DNA from: Phoronis australis
Lineage: Eukaryota > Animalia > Phoronida
Length of the DNA stretch: 64,000 nucleotides
NCBI GenBank assembly: GCA_002633005.1
Contig: NMRA01000204.1
Coordinates: forward strand, 337,645 to 401,644
Reading direction: 5' to 3'
The notes below the pieces were generated by a model. That model ran no database searches and was not told the origin of the DNA. It saw only the letters and a program-made list of their open reading frames with translations. Positions 31,969 to 45,100 of this stretch are shown here, piece by piece. Positions within the stretch are counted from its first letter, which is position 1. Every line of letters begins with the position of its first letter. The position numbers and the translations under genes were made by a program.

Positions 31969-33213
31969 TGGGACACACACACACACTCACATCACTCAAC
32001 ATGTATTCATTATCAAAATATGAATTCTCCAATGCTCCATATGATAATAATTACACTGACCACATTTCAGTTAACAGGATCATCCATCAGAACATTACTA
32101 CTCCATCAATTTGGAGTGTAGCCTCTAGCTGAGATATTTTTACCGACACAGATATCCACAGATATCGTTTAAAGGCAATTAGCGATTACATCTAATTTTC
32201 TGGGAAACCGTTCAATGTTCATTAATTTGTTTCCTTGAAATGCTTTCTATGTTCAAATCGTATGCCCATACTTAAAAGGTTGAGTGATAAGACATTTTGC
32301 TGGCACTTGTGAAAAGTTGTTTGCAAACAAAAAAGCATTAAAGTACATGTTTAAAGCTAATATTGCGGATAAACAGTAAATTTCGCAGACAACAGAGTTT
32401 GTAGACACAAATTATCATTTATAAAATAGTACATTAACATATAACAAAAGAATAAATATCTGTGTATCAAGACTGACTAAGGCTTGAAATGCACCAACAC
32501 AACTCCATGTTTTGAGGAATAAAATAATTATGAAAATGCTTCAACAACTGCTGTAAACTGCCTTTGATGACTCACGCAATTATTCAGTGGTGAAGATGCT
32601 GGCCACAGAAGCCATTAATTATAAGTCTTCATCAGATTATCATCAGCGTGATATTCTTCTAAAATTTAAAACCAGCCAAAGCTTTCTAGCAAAGTGATAC
32701 AAAAATATCACCGTTATTAGCTACTTGTAAATTAAAAAACGTTAACTTCAGTACAATTGCGGGTTTCAAATTGCTTTTGACAAGTACTTAGAGCAACAAC
32801 GCCTGATCAAATTTCAGGAGCTGGCGTGAAGTGGCCAAGTTTGAATAGCGGCAGTGAATTGAGTGAATACAACAATTCCACAATAGATCTCAACTCAATT
32901 TATTTTGTGCAAACGAGACGCCTTGATCAATTATAGAAAATGGAAAAATTGAAGTACTCTATTGGACACGGTGAAGAGGCTTTGTGAAGAAACAAATTGC
33001 TTAAAGGTCGCAAGACAGAAATGGATTATCATCTGTTCAGTTATTTGAAGTGACTCCTCGCCATGAGTAAAGACGGGAATTGGGAATCAATACTTGAAAA
33101 TAGGCGTCTTGGCAGAAAAACAAAGTTTGTATATATTGACACATTGTAAGTAGGACTACTGAAGTTAACAGAAACCATGATCCGTGATGAATCGACTTTC
33201 CAACAAAATGGTG

Positions 33214-33350
33214 GTAATAACAATAATAATCAAAAATAATAACAGAACAACAATAATGATAATAATAATAATAATTGTAATTATAATAATTACGACTGTT
33301 GACATTACCATCATCACCATCATCATAATCATGATTGTTATTATTATATC
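33214..33350. repeat. Degenerate (AAT)n/(ATC)n microsatellite
   Basis: Direct observation. Confidence 0.85.
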
Positions 33351-34862
33351 AAAAAACCTTGTACTTTCGAACAATGAATACGTGGTGTGTGACTTAGGGT
33401 TTTCCACTCTTCCTACAGGAGACCACAGATGCCTCATTACTGGACGACAGTGGGCAACATGATAAAAAAATCCACGTGACATGCTAACAAACCTCCCCCC
33501 CATTTCCTATCAGAGACGCATCGCTGTAATGACTCGCCTAGAATAAATCTTCGGTTTAACTTTGCCTTGCGCAATAAATTGATGACGATTACTATAGTAA
33601 AGTTATTACAACTGACTATTTCCACTAATCACATTTGCTAATTAGTACTGAACAACTCATGCTTGGAGTGAGAGACAGTAGACTGTATTAAGTGATTAAT
33701 AAATTACTTGATCCGATAAAACTGTTATGCAGTCTTGGAACAATTAATTACATAGACGCTATGACAGATTGGACTTCGTGTGGAATTGTAAAACAGTAGG
33801 ATAATTTCTTGGAAAACTTTGTCATGATTCTAGTACTTAAGTAAGTCTTGACGTTTTTTGATCAAAGACTTACGTCCATCCCCCCTGTAGTGAACAGAGC
33901 AGGATACAATCTAATTTCCAGGAAAACAGAAAAAGCTGTTAATTAAGTATTAATTTGGTACTATGAAAATCGTATTTATTACCGAATTAACAAACAGCAC
34001 GATAGCAATAATTAATGTTGAACGTAATGCCCAGCAGAGTCACAGTAGAGAAGACATGTACCTAGACATGATTTTGGAGCATTAATAATGCAAATTACAA
34101 TGATTAGCGGCAGCAGGAGAGGTAATTAACAGTTGTTGAGAACATCATTAAAATTACATGAGCTACTAGCTAAGGTTCTACTAACTGGGGTTGATAATTA
34201 GTAAAGTGTCGGTCTCACCATGAGCATGTAGACAGCAAGACTGCCGTAGCTTCACTGAAGGTTCAAATCTTCAATTAAGATGGCTGACTTTTCTCATGTC
34301 ACAGCTAATACACTGCGTAAACAGAACTCACAAGTCTTGTGCAAAATTATTCAGGAATGTAGAAGTTGAGGGTATCTCAAAGAAATTAACGATTTTTAGA
34401 AAAAAGCCACCTGACTACAAATATCTAGGGGCCATTTTCATGCGTATTGTATTTGTGATGGTCAAGAATTCGAAACCCAACGTCTCATGGTGAACCATTT
34501 CTGTTTGAAAGGACATTTTGGTAATGACGATATTCATTTACATTAAGGGAACTGGTTTTACGGCTGAAAATTACTTTAAATTGGTTATTAGCTTTCACCA
34601 GAACTATAAAGCAGCAAAATCGCTTGTTTTTGTAATGGCATCGCAAATCGCTACATTCTCATCGTTGTCTGCCAGACATTCGTTTTAATCAAATCCAGTG
34701 TATTTACCATTAAAATACCCTGAATGGCACATCAGTATGGAAAACCTGATGACATGACGTCAGTATGGAAACCCTGTACGTTTGTAAACTGTCATAGGGT
34801 CGCACAGGTTATGACCTTTGACCCATGCTGAAGAAAACCCAATTTTGATATTGCTCACCATG

Positions 34863-36358
34863 TTATAACGGAGTCTCTTTTTTCACAGGTAGGCCGGCTG
34901 GTCTCACAGCAGCAGTCGTGGACTTTCCATTCACACAAGTCAAGTTCTTAGTCTTTTGAGCTGGGGACACGTTTGTCTTTGCGAGGTATCCATTAACTCC
35001 CATCTTGGCAAATTTTGGATTTGTGACAATTCCAGTTCTTTGTCTCGGTTGGTCGGTGGTTTTTGTTGACGGCGCCATGCACCCTTTTACGGCGACGTTG
35101 TTATTTTTTGACTGGGCCAAGATGTTCTGCTGGTTTTCGTTTTCGACACATTTCGACAGTTGGTTCTTATGCGGTGCAGAGACAGGAATTTTGGTGTGTA
35201 TGGTAGCCTTGTGAGCACTCCCGTTCTTTAGGCCAACACTGCGAGGTTGCCAGATGTCATCGTCATCTCCTTCGTCGTCGTCTTCATCATTATCCTGCAG
35301 GTCACATGTTGGGTTAGTGATGATGTTAATACTGTGGCTACGTTGAGTCTTCTTTTTCGAACCAGGTCGACCATCCCCACTCAAAGGAGACGAAAGCGAT
35401 TTCTTTACAGGAATCTTCGAGTGTGGCACAGCAGAAACCGGATTCTCATGAATCGGGGAGCTTGTAACGGTCTGTAATGGGCTGACAGGCTCATTGACAG
35501 GAGATAACATTTTATTAGAAGATTTTCCAAGGCTGCGATTGGCCATGCTCTGTTGAATTTGCTGTGTAAAAGTAAGAACAGACGAGTCTTCAGGAGGACC
35601 GCTGCTCCCAGAGCTCTGATTGGTTGAGCAATTCGAAGATGTGAGATTCCCTGAAGAGTTGTTGGATAGACTTGACTTGCGCCTGTCCATAGTAGATTCT
35701 GGTGTTTGTGATGGTGACGCCGCACTCTTGATAATCAGATGGCTTGCAGTTGCAGTACTCTTTCCCATAGTGCTGTGGCCAGATGAACCTGACGACGTAC
35801 TGGCGCGACCACCAGAATTGGAGGCACCGTATTGCTCCAATATAGCCACAAGAGCTGTGTGGTTGCCTTTGAGCGCTACGCGCATGGCCGTTCTACCATA
35901 CAGATCAGCGCGGTTGGCGTCAGCACCAAACTGTAGTAGGGACTTGACAACATCTTCATGGCCTTCTTGTGCAGCAATACATAACGCTGTGGCACCTTGG
36001 TTGCACATGTGGTCGACGATGGCCCCATGTTCCAACAGCAACGTGACTATATTGGCATGACCTTGCCACGAGGCTGATTGCAGGGGAGACCGATTCTCGC
36101 TATCAAGAGCATTCACTTGCGCCCCCTGACGTAATAATAGATCGCAGAAGTCGTAGTGGCCTTGCCACGAGGCTACATGTAGAGCAGTGCGACCTTCGAG
36201 GTCAACGGATTCCACATCACCGCCATTTGCGAGAAGGAGGGATGCAATTTCCACGCTGTTTTCCAACGCTAGCATGTAAATGGTCGTCCTCCCATCGGCA
36301 TCCTTGTAGTTGATGTCACACCCTCTGGTGACCAGAACATTAACAACATCTCGGTGAC
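34863..36358 (-). CDS. ANKRD50: ANKRD50-like ankyrin repeat protein, terminal coding exon
   Basis: tttcag| acceptor at 36359 in phase 1. Ankyrin repeats (GRTALHVASWQGH, NRSPLQSASWQGH, GATALCIAAQEGH), then a Ser-rich tail with FTQQIQQ and a C-terminal KKETPL as in ANKRD50. Confidence 0.88.
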
Positions 36359-36359
36359 C

Positions 36360-36658
36360 TGAAAAGATCAGAAGTTGTATAATCGTCATATCACACACAA
36401 AAAGGTATTTTTGAGTCCTTGTAAAAATCAAAAGAAGATATTATTTCTAAAAGTTTTATCAACAGTTATAAACAAAAGGCTTAAAAACATGTTGTAGTGT
36501 GAGTAATTTGAAAAGATCAGAAGTTGTATAATCATCATGTCACATACAAAAAGTAATTTTTGAGTCCTTGTAAAAATTAAAAGAAATTATTATTTATAAA
36601 AGTTTTACCAACAGTTATAAACAAAAGACTTAAAAAACGTGATGTAGTTTGAGTAATT
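36360..36658. repeat. 149-bp tandem duplication starting at the ANKRD50 terminal-exon acceptor
   Basis: tgaaaagatcagaagttgtataatc at 36360 and 36509. Confidence 0.9.
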
Positions 36659-37173
36659 AATATTAAAGACTTCCTGAGATGAAGAACAACATGGAGCAAC
36701 TCCTGAATGTTTTCCACAGAGACTTAATGGAGAACTCGATATTCATTAAGATGGTGCTAATGAAGAATTAGTCTTTCAATCTGAATAGAGCGAGAACAGA
36801 GTACTTCAAGAGTACGCCAGCCTTCTTCGGATAAGAGTACCATGTAAATACCTGAATGCATGCACTTTTACAGGTGGGACTGCTGCGTGGCAAGCGCCAC
36901 CTGGTGCATTTTGAGCTCCCCATTCAATTTAGTGCATCTGGAAAGTGCTTCGAAATTTCCGTAAGAAACACTCGGTTCAAATCTGAGTCTATCATCAGAC
37001 AAAACCTACGTAAAATGATTCTTTCTCGAATATACACAGCCCTCGACACGCATGTCCATGGGTTAATGCAAGTTAATATTTAAGCAAAGGAGCAAATTTA
37101 AGTACAGGACAAAATATGTTTTTCTGAACAATTCTGAAAAACCTTCATCAGATCGACCTTGATCACCACCTAC

Positions 37174-37360
37174 CTTCTAGTGCTGCCACCCTCAGGCCAT
37201 TCTTGCCATTATGGGCCCGCTTGTCGATGTCTGCTCCAGCATCCAGGAGTTGAGCGACCATCTGCACGTGTCCTTCCTGGGAGGCCATGATAAGGGCGTG
37301 GCGTCCCTCATTGTCCACCTCATCTACGTGAGCACCGATGTTCAACAACTGTTCACTCAC
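37174..37360 (-). CDS. ANKRD50: ANKRD50-like penultimate exon (VSEQLLNIGAHVDEVDNEGRHALIMASQEGH...AALE)
   Basis: ttatag| acceptor, G|gtaggt donor, phase 0-1; joins in frame to 36358 (…ALEG HRD…). Confidence 0.88.
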
Positions 37361-37554
37361 CTATAACAACAGACACAAGAGTTGGAGATTGCAGCTTAAA
37401 CCGCAGTGATCACATGGTGAAACTACCGATATATGAAGCAGAGTATCAGTATGCTTTTCTTAATTAACCTCACACACAAAGCTGACTTAGACACAAATGG
37501 CAACATGTGTCTGATGAGAAATATGCACTCATGGAGTCATACTTAAATTTCATA

Positions 37555-37751
37555 AGGGCCTTTCATACTAACGTCGACGCGTCGATGGTTTGGGGAGTTG
37601 CGGTCAGTATGAACGCTTAACTCCGGTCCTGGATCGCAGTTAAGAGCTCCAGTTAACATCGCAGTTAATAGGTGGATTTAAGACCGCAGCGTCGACGCTG
37701 CGGTGCAGTATGAACGCTTAACTCCGGTCCAATCGAAGTTATCGCCAGGTG
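37555..37751. mobile_element. CpG-rich palindromic repeat element end, truncated at the N at 37752
   Basis: agggcctttcatact terminus; 25-bp direct repeat cagtatgaacgcttaactccggtcc twice; 22-bp perfect palindrome at 37683-37704. Confidence 0.6.
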
Positions 37752-37920
37752 NCCAACGGACCAAACCAAGCATTCTTTTTATTCCCAGAAGGAACCAAGT
37801 CTGACGATTTGTGTGCAATCTGGTCTACCGCAACGCAACACTTGGTTTTCACCAATGATTAGACAGATGTGGACCTCAGACATCAGATTTTGCACAACTG
37901 GGGACAAAAATAGCTTAGTT

Positions 37921-37927
37921 GCGTGCA

Positions 37928-37961
<34 letters not shown>

Positions 37962-38009
37962 CATGTGTGCGTGCGTATGTGTTTGTGTCCGTGTGCATGC
38001 ATGTGTGTG
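37921..38009. repeat. (TG)n microsatellite, interrupted
   Basis: Direct observation. Confidence 0.9.
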
Positions 38010-40390
38010 GCCACTGAAGTCACAAGACATTAACTTACTAGTAAAATCATCATTAACAGAAGTATTATGAATCTGAAGAATCACAGGGACCATGCAGTAA
38101 TGGACTTCCAAAGCTATCGGCTTCACGCTTGACTTAACATCAAAGATGGAGATGGTCATTACAACTCCATAAAACATTAGAAAATCCCTAAAGAGTGTTT
38201 GTTAAGTTGTAAGTCTAACCAATATGGCCCTGGTGTGAAATGACTCGTTATGGCTTCACAAGTCAGTTGACCAATTCAAGGGAGAAAATCACAAAACATA
38301 CTGCGCACAGCTAAATTTGGCCAACCGAAGCCAAGCCTAATAGCAAGGTAATTCTCAGCTTATTTTGCACAAAAAAATAGTTGTAAAAATTGTCATTTTT
38401 CTATTTTTCAAAGGCTGATTAGCTTGTTCCAAATAATCCAAATCTTACCTAATTTTGCTCCGAGACATCTACGCATGCATTACAAACCACGACAGTAACA
38501 GACAAGAATTTTCTTATTACCTTATTAATATGTGGAGAGTTTTGAGAAAATAGAAATTCACTTGACATCCATATTGTGCGCTAAATAAGTGAGGAACTGC
38601 CATAAATCACTGTACTTAATATTTTCCTCCATCTTGAATTTTCTTGCTCCCTTACTAACTATTGCTCGACTAGTTTGAAAAATCTCAAAACTAAAAGTGC
38701 CAAAAGTGATCTTTTTTATTTTTCAAAGACTTCTTATAATGATGCCAATGCCACACTCAATCATCAGAATCATTGTCTAAAGCTGCATTTACACAAGAGA
38801 CCGTTGTCAGGGAGCAGCTAACGCGGAACAGCTGATCGGGCGCAAGTGTGTGCGTAAACACGACTGACACGGAGCAATCTGATACCATGGCAGCGGCCAT
38901 TTTTGACGCCATTTTGAAAGATAAATGACTCACGTTGATTCAGTTTGCTATCTTATGTCATGTAAGTGTGACTAAGGTGGAGCAAGCCGCGCTGTGACAA
39001 TGATTCCCAGTTTAAAAAACTTAACAGTAGCTATGATATAGCATTTACTGATCTACCTTTCATAAAAAAAATTAAAATAAATTTTCACTTGCCAGCCAGA
39101 GTGTCACTCTGTCCTAAATTGGTGAGGTTTTACCCTACCCTTGGAAAACCTTGTTGCCTTGGAAACCATTACTGCCCAAGCTTGAATAAGGCTGATGGTC
39201 AGTAGCATAATTCAAGCAGACAACTGTTGACAATTTTCATTGCCTAGCAAACTCCTTTTCAATGGGAATGGTCATCAACACAAACAGATCCCAATGGCAT
39301 GACCATGACATCATTCGTTAGCAATGCCTCATAATTTTGTCAGGTACCCACTGAGAGTGCACCTAACAGAACAACTTTACAACAAAACTCACAACTTTAA
39401 GCACACTACCTGAATAACACTTGAGCTCAACTATACCCTTACATAAACCTGTTTACCACAAGTAGCAGCTGAAAACAGCTTCATCAGGAGCAATGAAAAC
39501 AACTATTGTGATCTATTATCTAAAGACTAGCCACCCTTTAGAAGATTAGTCAACATAGCTGTGTTGGTTAAACAGTCTCCTTGAGCCACTGGTCAAACAA
39601 ATTGACCAGTGGTCAAGGCAGGAAGGAAGACTACACAAAGTGAGAAATTCAATGCATCAGCCCTTAGATGGATTTATAAATTTGCCATTTACATAAACGA
39701 AACACTGATTTTAGACTAGGAATAGCGCTAATGTAAAATTGAGAGGCATGCTTCACAGATGACATAATATCATAAATAAAGCTCTTCATAATATTCAAAA
39801 TTCAATTTAATAAAGGCATTTGATTTGCTCTCTAATGTTTAAAATAGCAAATGGGAAGGTTAAAACCACATCAGAGAATTTTAATTTAAATCAACTGCTG
39901 AGGATTTGAAACTTAGCTAGTCATGTTACTAGGTGGTTTTTAGTTGAATCAAGGATTGGCAAGGACCAATATCATGTATATTACACCCAGGTTGGGCTAC
40001 ATTTTTGCTGTAAACTTCACAGTGTGGTTATTAAGTGTAGTACAGCAAAGAAGCCAAGCATGACCTTGTTGATTGGAGTGAAAATAAAGGGAGTGGAAAC
40101 GCTTCAGTCAACAATAAGCACAAGAACAAAAACCCAAAAAGGAGTGGCAGGCAGTACAGAACATTAGTTGACTGTACTTAAACTGCACTCCCAAGTTCCG
40201 AACAAAGCACCGAGATTTCACAAGTCAACTCTCCCTTTTTTACGCCAGTGCTTCACAAACGACTTTTCATGAGTCATCAACAAACAATATGAAAATCATA
40301 TAGCAAAATAAAATGCCCTAGATATTTTCAGTGCAGACCAATAAAACATTTGTTTATTCAGAACACACGCAGAATGTTGTATTCAGTTTT

Positions 40391-40472
40391 GGGCCCCAGT
40401 CTTGTATAACAGAAACACTGCACTGAGGGCCCCAGTCTTGTACAACAGAACCACTGCACTGAGGGACCCAGC
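40391..40472. repeat. 36-bp tandem repeat, about 2.3 units
   Basis: gggccccagtcttgtataacagaaacactgcactga repeated. Confidence 0.85.
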
Positions 40473-41809
40473 TGATATCGTACAGCGTTTTCATAAGACA
40501 AAAGCACTTGTCCTTTATTTACCCAGGACTTATAAAAAATGAATGCAAACACCACAGACTTGGAAATAAATCAAAAACAAAAGTACATTATAGCCATAAC
40601 AGACAAATTGTTTACATTGGGTAGGTATTTAATTAATTTGTGAAAAGCTTTGAGAATTTCCAAAACATTTTATCACCTGTAGGTCACTTCAGGTCTGAGT
40701 AAAACATTAGGACTCAATGGTTGTAACCAGCTCAATATCAAGTCAAAGTTGCCATATGAAAAGTAATAACAGAATGCACCAAATTACCCCCAGATACAAG
40801 TAATAAAAGTTTATGACTTGGCACTCTGTGAACTAATTAGGAGAAGCTGGTGAAGTATACAGGTATCTGTTATACACAGGTAAAGGACTACTGTCCTACA
40901 TGACCCCAAATCAATAAATACATGAATTAATAACCAGGCATACATGAAGCTAAAGTGATTGGGGGTGCATTGTATGAAGTCGCTGAAGGATCACTTCAAT
41001 TCAAAATTTTTTACGCAAAAACGTCTACACTACAAAAAAGTTCCTAAGAATCAGCTAAACAGTTTAGCAAAAATCAAAAAATTCTGGGAAAACCTCGACT
41101 TTTCTTATAAATCAGCAAAGTAGAATGTTGAAGTAAATTCTTGATTCTGGCTTATACTTCAGACTTCATCAACCTTGTTCACAGTGTAGAAAAAACAATA
41201 AGTGAAAACAGGTTGGCATGGTCATATCGGTTGAACTAGGTTTCGAATCTCTCCCCCCTCCCCCCACTCCCTCCCCCCCCCGCTCCCTCCCTCTTGTGTT
41301 TATTTTTGTGATCTTGTAGACTTTACTATGGACCAAATGTAGAAATACTCTCGTGTTAATTATTGTGATCTCGTAGACAGCCAACATATTCTGAGGAATT
41401 GAAAAAGCATTTAAAGAGGCCAATTGTTTCCAACAGATGGCGCAAGCAAAGATGGATTGCTGAAAATGAGTGGTTGTTGTTAGCTACTATTGTCTGCTAC
41501 AAAAAGCAATCTTTGAATGAAAATGCACACTTACAACAAATGTGCTTGTAGTAATAAAACACTCTGTTGATCTTTTTTAACATTCAGGTCTTATCAACGA
41601 GTCTGTATTGAGTCAAATACCAACAAAACAACAGAATTTAACTCAATAAAAGTAGATATTTGCTAAAAGTAGTTAACTCAGTAGAATTTGATTTTTACTA
41701 CCAAACCACAATCACTTGGACTTGGGTCTCCTAACTTTTAATAAAATTTAGCAAAAAAAAGAAATGCACATTCATAGCCAAACAAAAACATCTATAGCAT
41801 TTCCAAATT

Positions 41810-42106
41810 TCAATTGATATAAATGTCAAAGATAAATCTCAAAAAACCTGTTACAGTTTTCTAAATCATCGCTTTGCCATCTTTAAATGCAACTCTTGTA
41901 GTTTTTTTTTTCATAAAAAACCATAAAAGTCCTATTTTGGATAGCCTCTCACAGAAAAGTGGGACATTTTAAAAAGAATTTCTAACACCATTTGGTGCAT
42001 AAAGCATAGAACAGAAAAAGCTTTATAGGAATCCAGTCAGTCATTTCTGAGATCTGATGTTCCGAAGGCAGCCAAATTTGGCCATTTTTCTAGGGCCTGC
42101 ATAACC
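41810..42106. mobile_element. Partial TTAA-flanked MITE copy
   Basis: Ends gggcctgcataacc|ttaa; internal cagtcatttctgagat shared with the family. Confidence 0.6.
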
Positions 42107-45100
42107 TTAAGTACAAAAATTCTCCAATGTCAACTGCCAGCAGACCTGAACCCAGTCACCTTAATTGCTTTTTAACCGCAAATGGAATAAAGCAATTGTC
42201 AAAACACCAGTGCATGGTGGGGCTTTCGAGTTCATGCTGGCCCTTTATTATCCAGCGCAGTCACAACAATTGTATAAAAATTATTCTTGGCAAAGTCGCA
42301 AGTTGTAAAAACCATGGGAGACTGGTGGCAGATATCAATAAGTTACAGTTAGCAGACAACAAGGTCAGGCCAATGAGGTGCTAAGGTATAAGTCATCAGA
42401 AAGATGTTATAAATAGAATAATGGCACTGAAGAATTTTCCACAGCCATGAAAAGCTTCACAACCAAATGTTCCCTTCAATAACTAACAAGCAATGGCCAC
42501 TAAAGAAAAAAATCTTTCACAGGCGAAAACACATTTGCAAAACAAAACCCTGCAATTATGTCATAAAAGTATTTTCACTGATCTAGGGCTTCACGTCTGC
42601 TCTAAATAATAAACCACTGGCAACATACAACTTTTGATGAACACGCTCAATTTTTATCTTAAGCGGTTAAACGTTATCCAGTAGCTGTAATTACTGCTGT
42701 GGTCGGCATGTTTTGTTAACGAGATTTTCACACAACGAGTTCCTGGCAGCTCAGGACTACACTGTGATGCCAACACACTTGATGGACAATATATGAAGTA
42801 GCCACATCCCAAAATCCCATTTCCCCTCTTCAAAAATATGGTATTTTCCCACAGTTCCCCACATCCAAAGTTCATTTTCATGCCATTGGCTGCCATATAT
42901 TGTTACTGCGCAAATGTCTTTATTAATGATTGTCCCTCTGATGCTAAAAAAACCACTGTTATAAGCTATTGAGTTGTTGTGCTGAGATTCAAAGAACTTG
43001 ACGTGGAGGGGAAAATACACATGAAAGTAACAAAGTCGGACCACAATTGAGTGGAACGTCCGTGATGACTATATACTACTTTCTTGTCTCACAGCAAAGA
43101 ACAAACTATTTCATGATTTGGCTATTACCGATGCACACAGGAAACAATGGCTGCACTTGATTGACTTTGTCAGTTCTGCAGAATCAACCAGCAAAGACAA
43201 CTGATAGGCCTTCAGTGACAACTTTCGGCTTACAGACCAATCCGATGTCTTATCCGGTTGACCCAACGGTACCCGAAACTCAATCAAGTGCGGCCATTCA
43301 TCACAAGTAAATTGTTTTCACCAATTTTGCTCACATCCATAATAAAACCTTTTTTATCACAAAGACAACTCAAAGTCCATTTAAGCTTACAACAAACAGA
43401 CAAATTTTATCTGAAGTCTGAACTTATATTGAACTTATGTCTCTCTGTGTAGAATATATAGGGGAGGCTGTTGATAAGAATTCACAATAAGGAAACACAT
43501 GCTGTGAGACCATGGTAAATCAGAGCACTCAGTTTTGCAGATAACAGAAACTCTCAAGACAAAACAAATAGAACTATTCTCATTGTAATAGTTTAAACCT
43601 GTTTATCAATAAATAAGGTCATTTAGTAATCAGAGATGTCACTCAGTAGAGACTGGTTGTAGGTGTAGTATCCAGTGACTGTCAACTATCCAGTGGGTTA
43701 GTAAAATGATATAACCGCTTACATTATCAAAGGTGAGAGAAGAAGGAAATCCATAATTTGCATAGACGCCTGCGATAATAACCCAATTACATATTGATTG
43801 GTTTGGCCACCTAATTAACCATTACAACATTAATAAAGCTACATGGACAGTACTATTATGTAATTCTGTTACTCTATTCAGGTGAGAGACGAAATCAGAA
43901 CACCTGACAACATCACAGTGAGAAAATAGTAGTCAATTCAATAAACTACACCTCAGGCCAAACTAGCAATCAACCTCTCTCATTGTTCTTCAAAATACCT
44001 GGCTACGATACCTACGACATGAAAATAAGTAAAATCAATCAAACATTCACCCGAATCTATCCGAATACAAAACCTACAGACGTCCACGGGAAACTAGGTC
44101 GCGAGCTCGTCGCACAGATATCGGTAGATAGGTGTATCCATTTTTCACTTTGTTTTTCTTTCTTATAATAGAAATAATGCTAAGCATTTATCGGTAACGA
44201 GCTGATGGGCGCCCACGGTACGATATCCGTGCGACCTGTATCCAACAAAGGTGCAACAAAGGAAAACAATGGTAGCGTCCCATAGGTGATAACCATGCGA
44301 CACACTTACACCCGTCGCATGGATCACGCAAGTTAAACAATAGCTCACGAAATCCATACGACATCATTTAGCACGGGCTGCAGTCCTTCCTGACAGTAAA
44401 CCTGCATAGCTGAAACGCAACAATAATTATATGAAACTACGTTACGGTACTGAATAAAAGTGTCGTGTATGTATCACATCCTTGAAAACCATGACTTGGA
44501 TCAAGTTTATTGGATACATCCAGGTACTTCCACGGAGCAAAGGCTTCAGCTAAAGTAAAAAAGGGTTTGTAGTGGAAAAAAGGATAACATAGGTTGGATT
44601 TTCCTATATAAATTACACCTTGTCAATGACGAGTAAGATACAAATTAAAACAGATCCCGAAATTGTTCATTTATTCAGCACACACTATAGCCAAAGTGAA
44701 ATTCTATGAAGTCAAGCTTCAAAACAACGATAAAGATTAAGAAAAATTTAATTCACATGTATAAGTAGATGTCATATTTTGGTAAATTTTTCATTACTTG
44801 TACCAAGGCGATCAGGTTTTGAAAAACAGAAAAATGATAATTTGCATAATAATTTTTTGTTAAATAAGTGAGAATTGTCGTGACAAGCTATACCGCAGTA
44901 TGTATCCAAAACAACAGACGGCATGTCCTTTATACTGACACAAAATGCACACATTTTTGTCATTAAAGTGAGTTCATTAACAGTTTTTAAAATGATAGTC
45001 TCTTCACAGACTTTCACTCTTTTGACATCAATATTCCAAAACGAAGCAGCCGTCCCGAATTGAAGTCCAAAATTGCCGCTACAGTCTAACACTTGCTGAT

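Noticed and set aside
33165-33503. Ile-rich, membrane-protein-like ORFs on both strands
   Set aside because: Derived from the (AAT)n/(ATC)n microsatellite.
34746-34810. Hammerhead-like core CTGATGA...GAAA with a stem III ending in GTC
   Set aside because: Stem I cannot form (gcacagg vs ggaaaac), stem II closes C-G instead of the usual G-C, and the region is explained by a short local duplication (cagtatggaaa twice).
35005-36060. Plus-strand ORFs of 69-146 aa
   Set aside because: Antisense shadows of the ANKRD50 terminal exon.
36359-36431. N-terminal 24 aa of the 522-aa ORF as a start
   Set aside because: Intronic read-through; the exon begins at the acceptor at 36358 and joins the upstream ankyrin exon in frame.
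41251-41292. C-run tract (G-quadruplex potential on the - strand)
   Set aside because: Simple low-complexity tract with no independent evidence of function.
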